Shown one piece after another: positions 45,824-54,527 of a stretch of DNA of 64,000 nt. Both the position numbers and the translations under genes were made by a program. This DNA comes from Candidatus Eiseniibacteriota bacterium. GTDB lineage: Bacteria; Eisenbacteria; RBG-16-71-46. The DNA is taken from NCBI GenBank assembly GCA_044223005.1, contig JBGAML010000005.1, positions 128,001 to 192,000 of the forward strand, given 5' to 3'. The notes under the pieces are model-generated. The model had not been told where the DNA came from, did not search any database, and worked only from the letters and a program-made list of their open reading frames with translations. Each line of letters begins with the position of its first letter. The first letter of the stretch is position 1.

Positions 45824-46116
45824 GACTCGATTCGATACTCGGCTAGTACCAGCAAACCCGGACAAGCCGTTATCACAATGGGAGTCTCGCGCCGGTCCCC
45901 GCGCGCCACCTCTCGCACTCGCGCCGCGACCCGGTTGCGATGGCGCATTTCCGCATTCGCGCGGGCGTCGTGGAACTACGATGCGCGGGCACGGTGGGGA
46001 CTCGCCCGCCCGCCTGCGACCGCACCGCACCATGCCCCGACCGTGCGCGACCCCTCGGCCTGCTTCGTCCCCCTGCAGGCTGGCCCGATGGACCGTCGCC
46101 CGAAAGGAGCGTTGCG

Positions 46117-48987
46117 ATGCAACGTCCCGCCGCAAGTCCCGCACGCCACGGCCGCCTCGCCCTCGTCGTCCGGCCACTCCTGGCGCTACTCGCCCTGACC
46201 GGACCGCCCCAGGCCGCTCACGCGCTACTCCCGAACGAGGTGGCCACGCACACGAAGCTGCTGCGCCAGCAGTGCGTCCGGCCCAAGGACTTCTGCGTCA
46301 TCAAGTCCGGGGGCACCTATCACGCCTATTCGATCAAGGTGGACACGACGGTCCCCGATGCGCTCACCGAACACATGTTCCTGCACCAGAAGTCCACGGG
46401 AAATCTCCAGGCGTGGTCGATCCAGCCGGACGACAGTCTCTGGATTCCCCCGAGGACCGGTTGGGACAAGGATCGCATCTGGGCCCCTCACATCGTGCAG
46501 CGCAACGGCGTCTACCACATGTTCTATACCGGTGTGCGCGATTCGACTCCCCAGATGCAGCGTGTCGGGGTCCGGACCGCGACCGTGCTCAATACGGCCT
46601 ATCCATCACCCTGGAACCCCAACGGCACCGACCCGACGCTTCCCATCTATTCGTGTCCCGGCACCGCGTTCGACTGCGGCAAGGGCGAACTGCGCGATCC
46701 GTTCGTGATGGCAAATCCGAATGCCAGCAACTGGATGATGCTCTACGTCGCCAAGCGGACGAACGACACGATGGGAATCGGCGTCGCCTTGTCCGCGCCC
46801 GATTCGCACCCGGACCCGTTGACCGAACCGTTCACCTACGACCACGAGCTCGTCGCAGCCTCGGCCCAGTACGGCCCGAATGCTGCCAAGATCGAATCGC
46901 CCCACTTCTTCCAGCACGGAAGCACCCGCTACGTCGCGTACACCGGCAAATGCGACTCGCCGACGTGCACGTCCCTCGACCTCGATGGAGACGAAGTGCG
47001 GGTCATGACGACCACCGATCCGACGCTGAATCCCGCCTCCTGGGTGTATCGGGGGGCGCTCAGCACGGTGACCGGGAAGAACCTGTCGCTGCTGTTCGCG
47101 CCCGAGTACGTCCGGGACCCGGACACGGGCGAGGAGTTCTTCGCCGCCGTGAGGCCGTCCGAGCAGAACACGACCGCGTGCCGGCCGAATGCCTCGACCG
47201 ACAGCTCGACCGTCGACTTCTACCGGATCGTGTGGGACGTCGACCCGGTCAACAACCCGTGGAAGTTCCGGCTCGTGGACCCGAACCCCCCGGGCGCCTG
47301 GAGCAACGTCTCGACGTTCGGACCGTCGGCGCGCGATCAGGCCGCAACGGCCCTCGACGCCGGTGGTCATCGCCTCTATGCGTTCGGCGGGCAGGATGCG
47401 ACCTCGCTGCGAAACGATGTTTGGGCCTATTCGCTGGGCAACGCCCCCACGTGGGGGAACTGGACGCCGAGTTCGGGGGCGATGCCGGTGGCCCGCCGCC
47501 ACGCGAGCGTGATCTACGACCCGGTCGGGAACCGCCTGGTGGTGTTCGGTGGGTTTTCGAGCAGTTCGATCCTCAGCACCCTGACCGACACGTGGACGTT
47601 CGGCTCGCTGTCGTCGGCATTCCCGACCTGGGCGCAGGTCACGGCGAGCGGAGCACCGTCCGGGCTGCAATCCGGAACCGAGGCCGTCTACGACCCCGTG
47701 CGGGCGCGCATGATCGTCGTCGATGGCATCGGGCGCGCCTGGGCGCTGAGCCTGCCATCCGGCGGCACGCCAGCGTGGTCCGTCCTGAACGGCAGTGGCG
47801 GCCTGGGCAATGCCGGTGGTTACTATTTCAACCTCGCCTACGATTCGAAGCGGGACCGCCTGCTCGCGTTCGGCGGCTGGCTCCCGAGCAACGCGCCCTA
47901 CAGTTTCAATGCGGTCTATGGGATGCCGCTGTCCGGGGCCGGGGCGAACAGCTGGAGCCTGGTCACGACCACGGGAGCGGCGCCGAGCGGCCGTGCCCTG
48001 GCCGCGGCGTTCTACGATCCGGGGCGTGACCGTCTCGTCGTGCAGGGTGGCCAGAACCCCGCCACGGGGAACGGATCGACCACGGGCGATTCGTGGCAGC
48101 TCGCCCTCGGGACCCTCGCGAACACCGGCACGTGGACGCAGCTGTCGTCGGCATCCACGGGGCCGGCCGCACGGTCCGGCCACACCGCGATCTACGACGC
48201 GGTGGAGGATCGCGCGGTCCTGTTCGGCGGCCTGCTCACGAACGGAACGCGAGTCGGCGATGCCTGGTCACAGGACTTCGGGGAAGGCGCTCCGTACCGC
48301 GTGACGGACTTCTCCTGGACCGTGCACTGCACGTCGCTGTCGTTCAGTTGGACCAGTCCGCGAGACGGCAAGTCGAATGCGTCGGACGAACCGGGCGATT
48401 CGCTCGTCGCCCCCGTCTTCGGTCCGGCGACGAGCTATTCGATCGTCCGATCCGCGAACCCGATCACGCAGGCCAACTGGGGCTCGGCCAGCGTGGTGAC
48501 GACCGGTCCACTCCCGGCTCCCGGCACGCTCGTCGAGGTCGACGGGGTGGGAGGGTGCACGACGCGCTACTACTACGCTGTCGCCACGGTGGACGAAGCG
48601 GGACACTGGTCGTGCATCAGCAACACGACCGCCCGCACCTCCTGCCCGGGACCGGTCAACTGCGAGGAGGCGTTCGCGCGTCCGGCGACGGAAGTGGGGC
48701 TGGTCCCGACCACGTCGCTCAAGGTGCTCGGTTCCGGCGCCTCGGGAGTGGTGACCATCCAGTATTCGCTCGGCGCGGAGACGACCGGTCGGGACTTCAG
48801 CCTCGACCTCTTCGACGTCGCCGGGCGGCGCCTTCGCACGCTGGCTTCGGGGCCGTCGGCGCCAGGACTTCGGGCGGTGACGCTCGGACTCCCGGAGACC
48901 GGCCGTGGCGCCGGGACCGGCGTGCTCTTCGTGCGGTTCCGCGTCGGAGAGACGTCGATCACGAGGTCCATCGTCGCGCGCTGGTGA
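46117..48987 (+). CDS. Secreted GH32/43-like five-blade propeller + Kelch repeats + FN3-like + CTD
   Basis: KDF, IWAPHIV...YHMFYTG, LRDPFV, IESP; repeats IYDPxxxRLVVFGG; FDVAGRRLRTL tail; GAAAGGAG RBS. Confidence 0.78.
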   Translation: MQRPAASPARHGRLALVVRPLLALLALTGPPQAAHALLPNEVATHTKLLRQQCVRPKDFCVIKSGGTYHAYSIKVDTTVPDALTEHMFLHQKSTGNLQAWSIQPDDSLWIPPRTGWDKDRIWAPHIVQRNGVYHMFYTGVRDSTPQMQRVGVRTATVLNTAYPSPWNPNGTDPTLPIYSCPGTAFDCGKGELRDPFVMANPNASNWMMLYVAKRTNDTMGIGVALSAPDSHPDPLTEPFTYDHELVAASAQYGPNAAKIESPHFFQHGSTRYVAYTGKCDSPTCTSLDLDGDEVRVMTTTDPTLNPASWVYRGALSTVTGKNLSLLFAPEYVRDPDTGEEFFAAVRPSEQNTTACRPNASTDSSTVDFYRIVWDVDPVNNPWKFRLVDPNPPGAWSNVSTFGPSARDQAATALDAGGHRLYAFGGQDATSLRNDVWAYSLGNAPTWGNWTPSSGAMPVARRHASVIYDPVGNRLVVFGGFSSSSILSTLTDTWTFGSLSSAFPTWAQVTASGAPSGLQSGTEAVYDPVRARMIVVDGIGRAWALSLPSGGTPAWSVLNGSGGLGNAGGYYFNLAYDSKRDRLLAFGGWLPSNAPYSFNAVYGMPLSGAGANSWSLVTTTGAAPSGRALAAAFYDPGRDRLVVQGGQNPATGNGSTTGDSWQLALGTLANTGTWTQLSSASTGPAARSGHTAIYDAVEDRAVLFGGLLTNGTRVGDAWSQDFGEGAPYRVTDFSWTVHCTSLSFSWTSPRDGKSNASDEPGDSLVAPVFGPATSYSIVRSANPITQANWGSASVVTTGPLPAPGTLVEVDGVGGCTTRYYYAVATVDEAGHWSCISNTTARTSCPGPVNCEEAFARPATEVGLVPTTSLKVLGSGASGVVTIQYSLGAETTGRDFSLDLFDVAGRRLRTLASGPSAPGLRAVTLGLPETGRGAGTGVLFVRFRVGETSITRSIVARW

Positions 48988-49028
48988 CCGATCGCGTCGC
49001 GATCATTGGAATTCCGGAATGAGCGCGC

Positions 49029-49055
49029 GGGCCCGCACCGCAGTGGTGCGGGCCC
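49029..49055. terminator. Hairpin between convergent genes
   Basis: GGGCCCGCACC-GCAGT-GGTGCGGGCCC. Confidence 0.6.
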
Positions 49056-49066
49056 CCCGCGCGTTC

Positions 49067-49537
49067 CTACATCTTGTGGCCAGCCGGCATCTCGCACGCG
49101 CCGGTGCAGACCTTCGGCCACGCTTCGTCCGCCTTCTTCGCGACGTCGTCCGGCATGCCGTCGAATGCCTTCTTGGCCTCCGCGGTGGAGAAGAGGAACG
49201 TGCGCCCGCCGTGGACGCTGAAGTACCTCGGACTCGACTTGACCTTGTGGCCCATCGCGGCGGCGGTGGCGCAGTAGCCGTCGTAGGCGACGGTGTACTT
49301 CGCCGGCTCGGCGTCGAACATCTTCTTCGCGTCGGCGTTGGCGAAGAGGTAGCGGTGGCCGTCCACGGTGCTGGAGAAGTGCGCGTCACCCTTCACGGCC
49401 TTGCCCATGGCGACGTAGGCGACCGGGCAGTAGCCCTGCAGGGCGAGCGGAGCGGGTTTCGCGTGATCGGCCGCGAACGAAGCGGCGGGAGCGACGAGGG
49501 CGAGGGCGACGAACAACGAAGCGACGAGCCTGCGCAC
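49067..49537 (-). CDS. Exported YHS-domain protein (Cys form)
   Basis: ALQGYCPVAY, YLFANADAKKMF...PAKY, YDGYCA, FLFST. Confidence 0.88.
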   Translation of the reverse strand: MRRLVASLFVALALVAPAASFAADHAKPAPLALQGYCPVAYVAMGKAVKGDAHFSSTVDGHRYLFANADAKKMFDAEPAKYTVAYDGYCATAAAMGHKVKSSPRYFSVHGGRTFLFSTAEAKKAFDGMPDDVAKKADEAWPKVCTGACEMPAGHKM

Positions 49538-49619
49538 GGAACCTCCGGCGAAGAGTGGGAGCGGAGCGGCTGCGCGTCCGGGACCCGTTCGGACCCGCGA
49601 CGAGCGCTCACGATCGTGA

Positions 49620-49645
49620 GTGCACGCGAGCGGCCCGGCGTTACA
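49620..49645 (-). promoter_or_regulatory. Candidate ECF promoter TGTAAC-N16-GCAC (YHS gene)
   Basis: Same architecture as the site at 51295-51320. Confidence 0.55.
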
Positions 49646-49663
49646 GCCGCACGCCGCGGCGTT

Positions 49664-50305
49664 TCAGCGGACGCGCGCGACGCGGGTGCTCGCGCGCCCG
49701 TTCGGCGTGACGAGCTCCACCACGTAGAGCCCCGCGCCGACCGCGCGCCCATGCGCGTCGCGACCGTCCCAGGCGATCGCCGTCGCTCCGCGCGACAGCG
49801 GACCCGTCGCGAGTTCGCGAACGACGCGCCCCTGCAGGTCGAGCACCCGCGCCCGTGCCGTGACGGTCGTCCCGGAGGAGGACGGACCGGGAACCGAGAG
49901 CTCGAGCCGGACTTCGTCGCGGAACGGGTTCGGGAACGCGCGCACCGCGAGCGGGATCCGGGGCACGCTCACGGGGAAGGGCCCGAAGCTCTGCAGGCCC
50001 CCGGCCGGGTCCGTCAGGTCGAACCGGTACCAGTAGGTGCGACCCGGATCGGCCTGCGCGTCGACGACGAAGCAGTCGCCCGTGCAGAGTGTCGGCTGCG
50101 AGGCGAGCGCGGCGAAGGGCCCGGCCGCGGCGGTCGACCGCGCGACCTGGAACCACGCCCCCGCGTATGAACCCTGCAGCGTCACGCGCAGGTCGCCGCC
50201 GATCACCCGCACGTCGACGCCGGGCGACTGGGCGAGGCCCGGCCGCGGCCCGATGGCCAGGGCCAGGGCGAACACCATGCACCACGCGAGTCCGTGAGCC
50301 TTCAT
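49664..50305 (-). CDS. Small secreted protein: Ig-like domain + FlgD-Ig/CTD
   Basis: Signal peptide; D...PGRTYWYR; AFPNPF...LDLQGRVVREL...WDGRDAHG...GLY. Confidence 0.85.
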   Translation of the reverse strand: MKAHGLAWCMVFALALAIGPRPGLAQSPGVDVRVIGGDLRVTLQGSYAGAWFQVARSTAAAGPFAALASQPTLCTGDCFVVDAQADPGRTYWYRFDLTDPAGGLQSFGPFPVSVPRIPLAVRAFPNPFRDEVRLELSVPGPSSSGTTVTARARVLDLQGRVVRELATGPLSRGATAIAWDGRDAHGRAVGAGLYVVELVTPNGRASTRVARVR

Positions 50306-50329
50306 GACGACCTCCGAACGAGAGCGGAA

Positions 50330-50566
50330 TCAGTTCCGGTGCGGCGATTCCCGCCGGAACGCGGCGAGCAACTCGGCCGGCACCGGTGCGCCCGCGGGGG
50401 ACGGCTGCGCGCGCAGCGCGAGCAGCGTGAGGCGAAACTGCTCGACGTAGGTGCGACAGCCCGGGCACATCAGGAGATGCACGGCCATGGCCAGCCGGGG
50501 GAAGCCCCGGAGCCGGCGTTCGAGATACTCGCCCGCGGCGCGCGTGACCTGCTCGCAGTTCATCAT
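50330..50566 (-). CDS. zf-HC2 (ZAS) anti-sigma factor
   Basis: MNCEQV...HLLMCPGCRTY (HxxxCxxC); overlaps the sigma stop. Confidence 0.9.
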   Translation of the reverse strand: MMNCEQVTRAAGEYLERRLRGFPRLAMAVHLLMCPGCRTYVEQFRLTLLALRAQPSPAGAPVPAELLAAFRRESPHRN

Positions 50567-51222
50567 GGCCTCGCGTTTCTCCGTCGTGCCGGGGCCTCGT
50601 CACCGACGACACCGTCCTGCAGGTAACGATCGAGGGCCTGCCGCACCCTCGAACGGCCGCGGTGGAGCAGCACCCTCTGGTGAGTGTCCTCGATCCCGAG
50701 AATGTTGCACGCTTCTTCCGAGCCCAGGCCTTCGAGGTCGCGCAGCAGGACGACGGCCCGCTGGGCGTTCGGCAGGTCCTCGACCGCCTCGCGCACGAGG
50801 TCGAGCACCTCGCGCCCGAGCATCGCCGACTCGGGATCGTCGAGCCCCCAGCGCGTGGGGGGCACCAGCCAGTGCCCGCTCGAGCTCATGCCCGGCTCGC
50901 GGGCGGCCACGCGTTCGTCGTCCCAGTCGTCCACGATGGCGAACGAGCTGGCGCGGTGGCGGTGCTCGCGGACGGCGAGGCGCCGAGCCTGATGCACGAG
51001 GATGCCGAAGATCCAGGTCCGCAGTGCCGAGCGCCCCTCGAAACCGTGCAATCCGCGAATCACGCCGAGCCAGGTCTCCTGCACGGCCTCCGCAACGACG
51101 GCGTCGTCGCGCGTGAACGAACGGGCGAGGCGGGCGAGGGGCCCACCCAACGCCTCGACGAGTTCGCGAAACGCGCGTTCGTCCCCCGCACGCAGCCGCT
51201 GCAGCAGCGCGGGTTCGTCCAT
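50563..51222 (-). CDS. ECF RNA polymerase sigma factor
   Basis: AGDERAF...EAVQETW...FEGRSALRTWIF; LPNAQRAVVLLRDLEG...RVLLHRGR. Confidence 0.93.
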   Translation of the reverse strand: MDEPALLQRLRAGDERAFRELVEALGGPLARLARSFTRDDAVVAEAVQETWLGVIRGLHGFEGRSALRTWIFGILVHQARRLAVREHRHRASSFAIVDDWDDERVAAREPGMSSSGHWLVPPTRWGLDDPESAMLGREVLDLVREAVEDLPNAQRAVVLLRDLEGLGSEEACNILGIEDTHQRVLLHRGRSRVRQALDRYLQDGVVGDEAPARRRNARP

Positions 51223-51294
51223 TCGGCCTCCGGAAGCATTCGTTCGCGAACGGTCAAAACGAGGAGGGCCCGCGTCCGGGCCGCACCCCGCGCG

Positions 51295-51320
51295 TGTAAC
51301 ATGCCGGCGCTTCACCGCAC
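51295..51320 (+). promoter_or_regulatory. Candidate ECF promoter TGTAAC-N16-GCAC (AhpD-like/arsS operon)
   Basis: TGTAAC 51295-51300 and GCAC 51317-51320. Confidence 0.55.
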
Positions 51321-51373
51321 CTACGAACGAGCCCCACCGCTTGGGACATCCCCTTCCATCCGGGAGATCCGCC

Positions 51374-51706
51374 TTGGAGACCTACTACGCCCCGAAGGAC
51401 CTGGACCGCTTCGCCGAAATGGGGCGGAACAAGCCCGACCTTTGGGCCAAGTTCAACGAGTACTACTCGGCGGTGTTCGCCGAGGGCGCACTCAGCGAGC
51501 GCGAAAAGAGCCTGATCGCCCTGGCGGTCTCGCACGCGGTCCAGTGCCCGTACTGCATCGACGCCTACTCGCAGGCCTGCCTCAAGCAGGGCGCCGACCT
51601 CGACCAGATGACCGAGGCCGTGCACGTCGCCAACGCGATCCGCGGCGGCGCCTCGCTCGTGCACGGCGTGCAGATGCGGACGATCGCCGAGAAGCTGGGG
51701 ATGTGA
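51374..51706 (+). CDS. Arsenosugar-biosynthesis-associated peroxidase-like (AhpD/CMD) protein
   Basis: TYYAPKDL...GALSEREKSLIALAVSHAVQCPYCIDAY...IRGGASLVHGVQM; TTG start after GGGAG. Confidence 0.88.
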   Translation: METYYAPKDLDRFAEMGRNKPDLWAKFNEYYSAVFAEGALSEREKSLIALAVSHAVQCPYCIDAYSQACLKQGADLDQMTEAVHVANAIRGGASLVHGVQMRTIAEKLGM

Positions 51707-52758
51707 TGGGGGAGCGGCTGCCGGTCCTCACCTCCTTGCAGTCCCGCGGCAGCGCGCTCGCGCACCCGGAACACCAGCTCGGCCTGCTCGACGGCGCCGG
51801 CATGCCCGCGTTCGACGCGGTGCTCGAACGTCACGGGCTGGCGCCGCTCGACGTGGGGCGGATCGAGGTGCTGCAGGTCAACGTCGGCAAGCTCTGCAAC
51901 CAGGCTTGCGCGCACTGCCACGTGGACGCGGGCCCCGATCGTCGCGAGGTGATGTCGCACGAGACCGCGGAGCATGTGATCGAGGTGCTCCGCCGCCACC
52001 CCATCCCGACGCTCGACGTCACGGGTGGGGCACCGGAGCTGAACCCGAACTTCCGCTGGCTCGTGGGGCAGGCGCGCGCGCTCGGTCGCCACGTCATGGA
52101 TCGCTGCAACCTCACGGTGCTGCTCACCGCACCGCAGGCCGATCTCATCAACTTCCTCGCCGCGCACCGGGTGGAGATCGTGGCGTCACTGCCGTCCTTC
52201 CGCAGCGCCGGCACCGATGCGCAGCGCGGGGAGGGCGTGTTCGAGAAGAGCCTGGAGGCGCTGCGCCGGCTGAACGCGGTGGGCTACGGCCGTGGCGAAG
52301 GCCTGGTGCTGAACCTCGTGCACAACCCCGTGGGCGCGTTTCTGCCCGGCAACCAGGCCTCGATCGAGCGGGACTACCGGCGCGAACTCGAAAGCCGCCA
52401 CGGCATCGTGTTCGACCACCTCTACACGATCACGAACATGCCCATCAGCCGGTTCCTGGAGTACCTCGAACGGTCTGGAAACCTCAAACGTTACGCCGAT
52501 CTCCTCGTGCGTTCCTTCAACCCCGCCGCGGTCTCCGGCCTGATGTGCCGCACGATGCTCTCCGTGGGCTGGGACGGCCGGCTCTTCGACTGCGACTTCA
52601 ACCAGATGCTCGAGTTGGGCGTGTCGGACGGTGGGGCGGGCACGCTCGCGGAACTGCTCGCCACGGGGGTGCTGCGCCGGCGCGTGCGCACGGCGCGGCA
52701 CTGCTTCGGCTGCACTGCTGGCGCGGGCTCCTCCTGCGGCGGCGCGCTCGAGCGCTGA
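51706..52758 (+). CDS. arsS: ArsS-family radical SAM protein (Cys form)
   Basis: LQVNVGKLCNQACAHCHVDAGP, DVTGGAPELN, DCDFNQML, HCFGCTAGAGSSCGG. Confidence 0.88.
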   Translation: MGERLPVLTSLQSRGSALAHPEHQLGLLDGAGMPAFDAVLERHGLAPLDVGRIEVLQVNVGKLCNQACAHCHVDAGPDRREVMSHETAEHVIEVLRRHPIPTLDVTGGAPELNPNFRWLVGQARALGRHVMDRCNLTVLLTAPQADLINFLAAHRVEIVASLPSFRSAGTDAQRGEGVFEKSLEALRRLNAVGYGRGEGLVLNLVHNPVGAFLPGNQASIERDYRRELESRHGIVFDHLYTITNMPISRFLEYLERSGNLKRYADLLVRSFNPAAVSGLMCRTMLSVGWDGRLFDCDFNQMLELGVSDGGAGTLAELLATGVLRRRVRTARHCFGCTAGAGSSCGGALER

Positions 52759-52962
52759 CGCCCGGGCGCGGCACACCACCGCGCGCACCGACGATCCTTC
52801 GCGAACCGCGCCCCGGGCGGGCCCGCGGCCGAACGCCGTCGGACCACGCGGCCTCTCGCGCCATCCGCCGTGCATCCTTCGCCGAGTCGGCGCATCCTTC
52901 CGAAGACCGATCGCTCCGTCCCGCCACCGACCGACGTTCCACCCGCCCGAAGGAGACCCCGT

Positions 52963-54228
52963 ATGCCCGGATTCGCCGACCGCCTGCGCGCACGCGCGCA
53001 CGAGCTGGGCGCCGGGCTGCCGCGGCCGTTCTGGGTGCTCTGGACGGGCATGCTCGTCAATCGTGCGGGCAGCTTCGTGGTCACGTACCTGGCGATCTAC
53101 GTGGTGCAGGTGCTGCACGCGTCGATCGCGACGGCGGGCCTCGTCGTGTCCGCCTACGGCGCGGGGGCCGCGGTCGCGAGCCCGCTCGGCGGCTACTTCG
53201 CCGACCACCTCGGCCGGCGGAAGACGATCCTCGGCGCGCTGACCCTCGGCGGGCTCGGCATGATCACGCTCGGATTCCTGCCGCGCATCGAGTGGATGGC
53301 GCCCGCGTGCTTCGTGGTCGGCGCGGTGGGCGAGGCCTACCGGCCGGCGATGCAGGCGGCAGTCGCGGACCTGGTCCCGCCCGCGGACCGGCTGCGGGCG
53401 TTCGGGCTCGTCTACTGGGTCATCAACCTCGGCTTCTCGATCGGCCTCATGGTGGGCGGCCTGCTCTCGAGCGTCTCGTTCACGCTGCTGTTCGTGGGCG
53501 ACGGGCTCACCAGCCTGGCGTTCGCGCTGCTGGTGTGGCGGGCCGTGCCCGAAACGCGGCCACAGCTCGCGACGGACGCGGGCCCGCGCCCGGGACTCGT
53601 GCACGGCTTCTTCGCGCCCTATCGCGATGCGCCGTTCGCGGCGTTCGTCGGACTCTCGGCGCTCACGCTGGTCGTGTTCATGCAGCACGTGACGAGCCTG
53701 CCGCTCGACATGACGGCGCACGGGCTCTCGCGCGCCGCGGTCGGACCGGTGATCGCGATCAACGGCATCCTGATCGTGTTCACGCAGCCCTTCCTCGCCG
53801 CGCGGCTCACGCGCCTGCCGCGCTCGGCGGTGCTCGCGGCGGGCGTGACGCTGATCGGACTCGGCTTCGGCACCTACGCGTTCGCGCACTCGGCACCGCT
53901 CTACGCGCTGGGTGTCGTGATCTGGACCGTGGGCGAGATGGGCGTGCTGCCGCTCGGCATCGCGGTCGTCGCCGACGTGGCGCGGCCCGAGATGCGCGGC
54001 CGCTACCAGGGCGCGTACGGCATCAGCTTCGGGGTCGCGTACTTCCTCGCGCCGCTCGTGGGCACCGCGGTGATGCAGCGCTGGGGGGCGCCGGTGCTGT
54101 GGCTCGGCGCGCTCGGCGTGGCGCTGCTCGTCGCGTGCGGCCACCTGCTGCTCGCCCCGGCGCTGCAGCGACTGCGTGCCGAGCGGGCGGCCGAGAGCGC
54201 GCCGGCGGTGACGGCCGCCGCGAGCTGA
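52963..54228 (+). CDS. MFS transporter
   Basis: GGYFADHLGRR motif A, ~12 TM segments, RGRYQG. Confidence 0.92.
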   Translation: MPGFADRLRARAHELGAGLPRPFWVLWTGMLVNRAGSFVVTYLAIYVVQVLHASIATAGLVVSAYGAGAAVASPLGGYFADHLGRRKTILGALTLGGLGMITLGFLPRIEWMAPACFVVGAVGEAYRPAMQAAVADLVPPADRLRAFGLVYWVINLGFSIGLMVGGLLSSVSFTLLFVGDGLTSLAFALLVWRAVPETRPQLATDAGPRPGLVHGFFAPYRDAPFAAFVGLSALTLVVFMQHVTSLPLDMTAHGLSRAAVGPVIAINGILIVFTQPFLAARLTRLPRSAVLAAGVTLIGLGFGTYAFAHSAPLYALGVVIWTVGEMGVLPLGIAVVADVARPEMRGRYQGAYGISFGVAYFLAPLVGTAVMQRWGAPVLWLGALGVALLVACGHLLLAPALQRLRAERAAESAPAVTAAAS

Positions 54229-54230
54229 GT

Positions 54231-54527
54231 TCAGCCGCCGGCGACGGCGCCGACGATCATGAACGGTTCGCGGCCGTCGGCCACCGCGTCGGGGAGCGGC
54301 TCGTCGACCGCCGTGTGCGACCAGTCCTCGCGGCACGCGAAGAAGCGGACGAACGGCCGGCGCGCGAGCGTGCCGTGGTCGCGCACGGTGCCGCGCAGGA
54401 CGGGATAGCGGACTTCGAGCGCCTCGAGCACGGCGCGCACCGTGACCGGCGCCGGGACCTCGAGCGTCACTTCGGGACCCGTGCCCGCCAGGTTGCGCAG
54501 ATGGTAGGGAAGTTCCACCCGGATCAT
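54231..54527 (-). CDS. MoaD/ThiS ubiquitin-like protein
   Basis: MIRVELP...LEVRYPVL...VGAVAGG C-terminal GG. Confidence 0.9.
   Translation of the reverse strand: MIRVELPYHLRNLAGTGPEVTLEVPAPVTVRAVLEALEVRYPVLRGTVRDHGTLARRPFVRFFACREDWSHTAVDEPLPDAVADGREPFMIVGAVAGG

Noticed and set aside
45940..45955. Sigma54 promoter TGGCGCATTTCCGC upstream of the GH/Kelch gene
   Set aside because: The GG-to-GC spacing is one base short of the strict -24/-12 requirement.
49067..52758. Selenocysteine recoding in the YHS or ArsS proteins
   Set aside because: Both have Cys codons at the relevant positions and no in-frame TGA.
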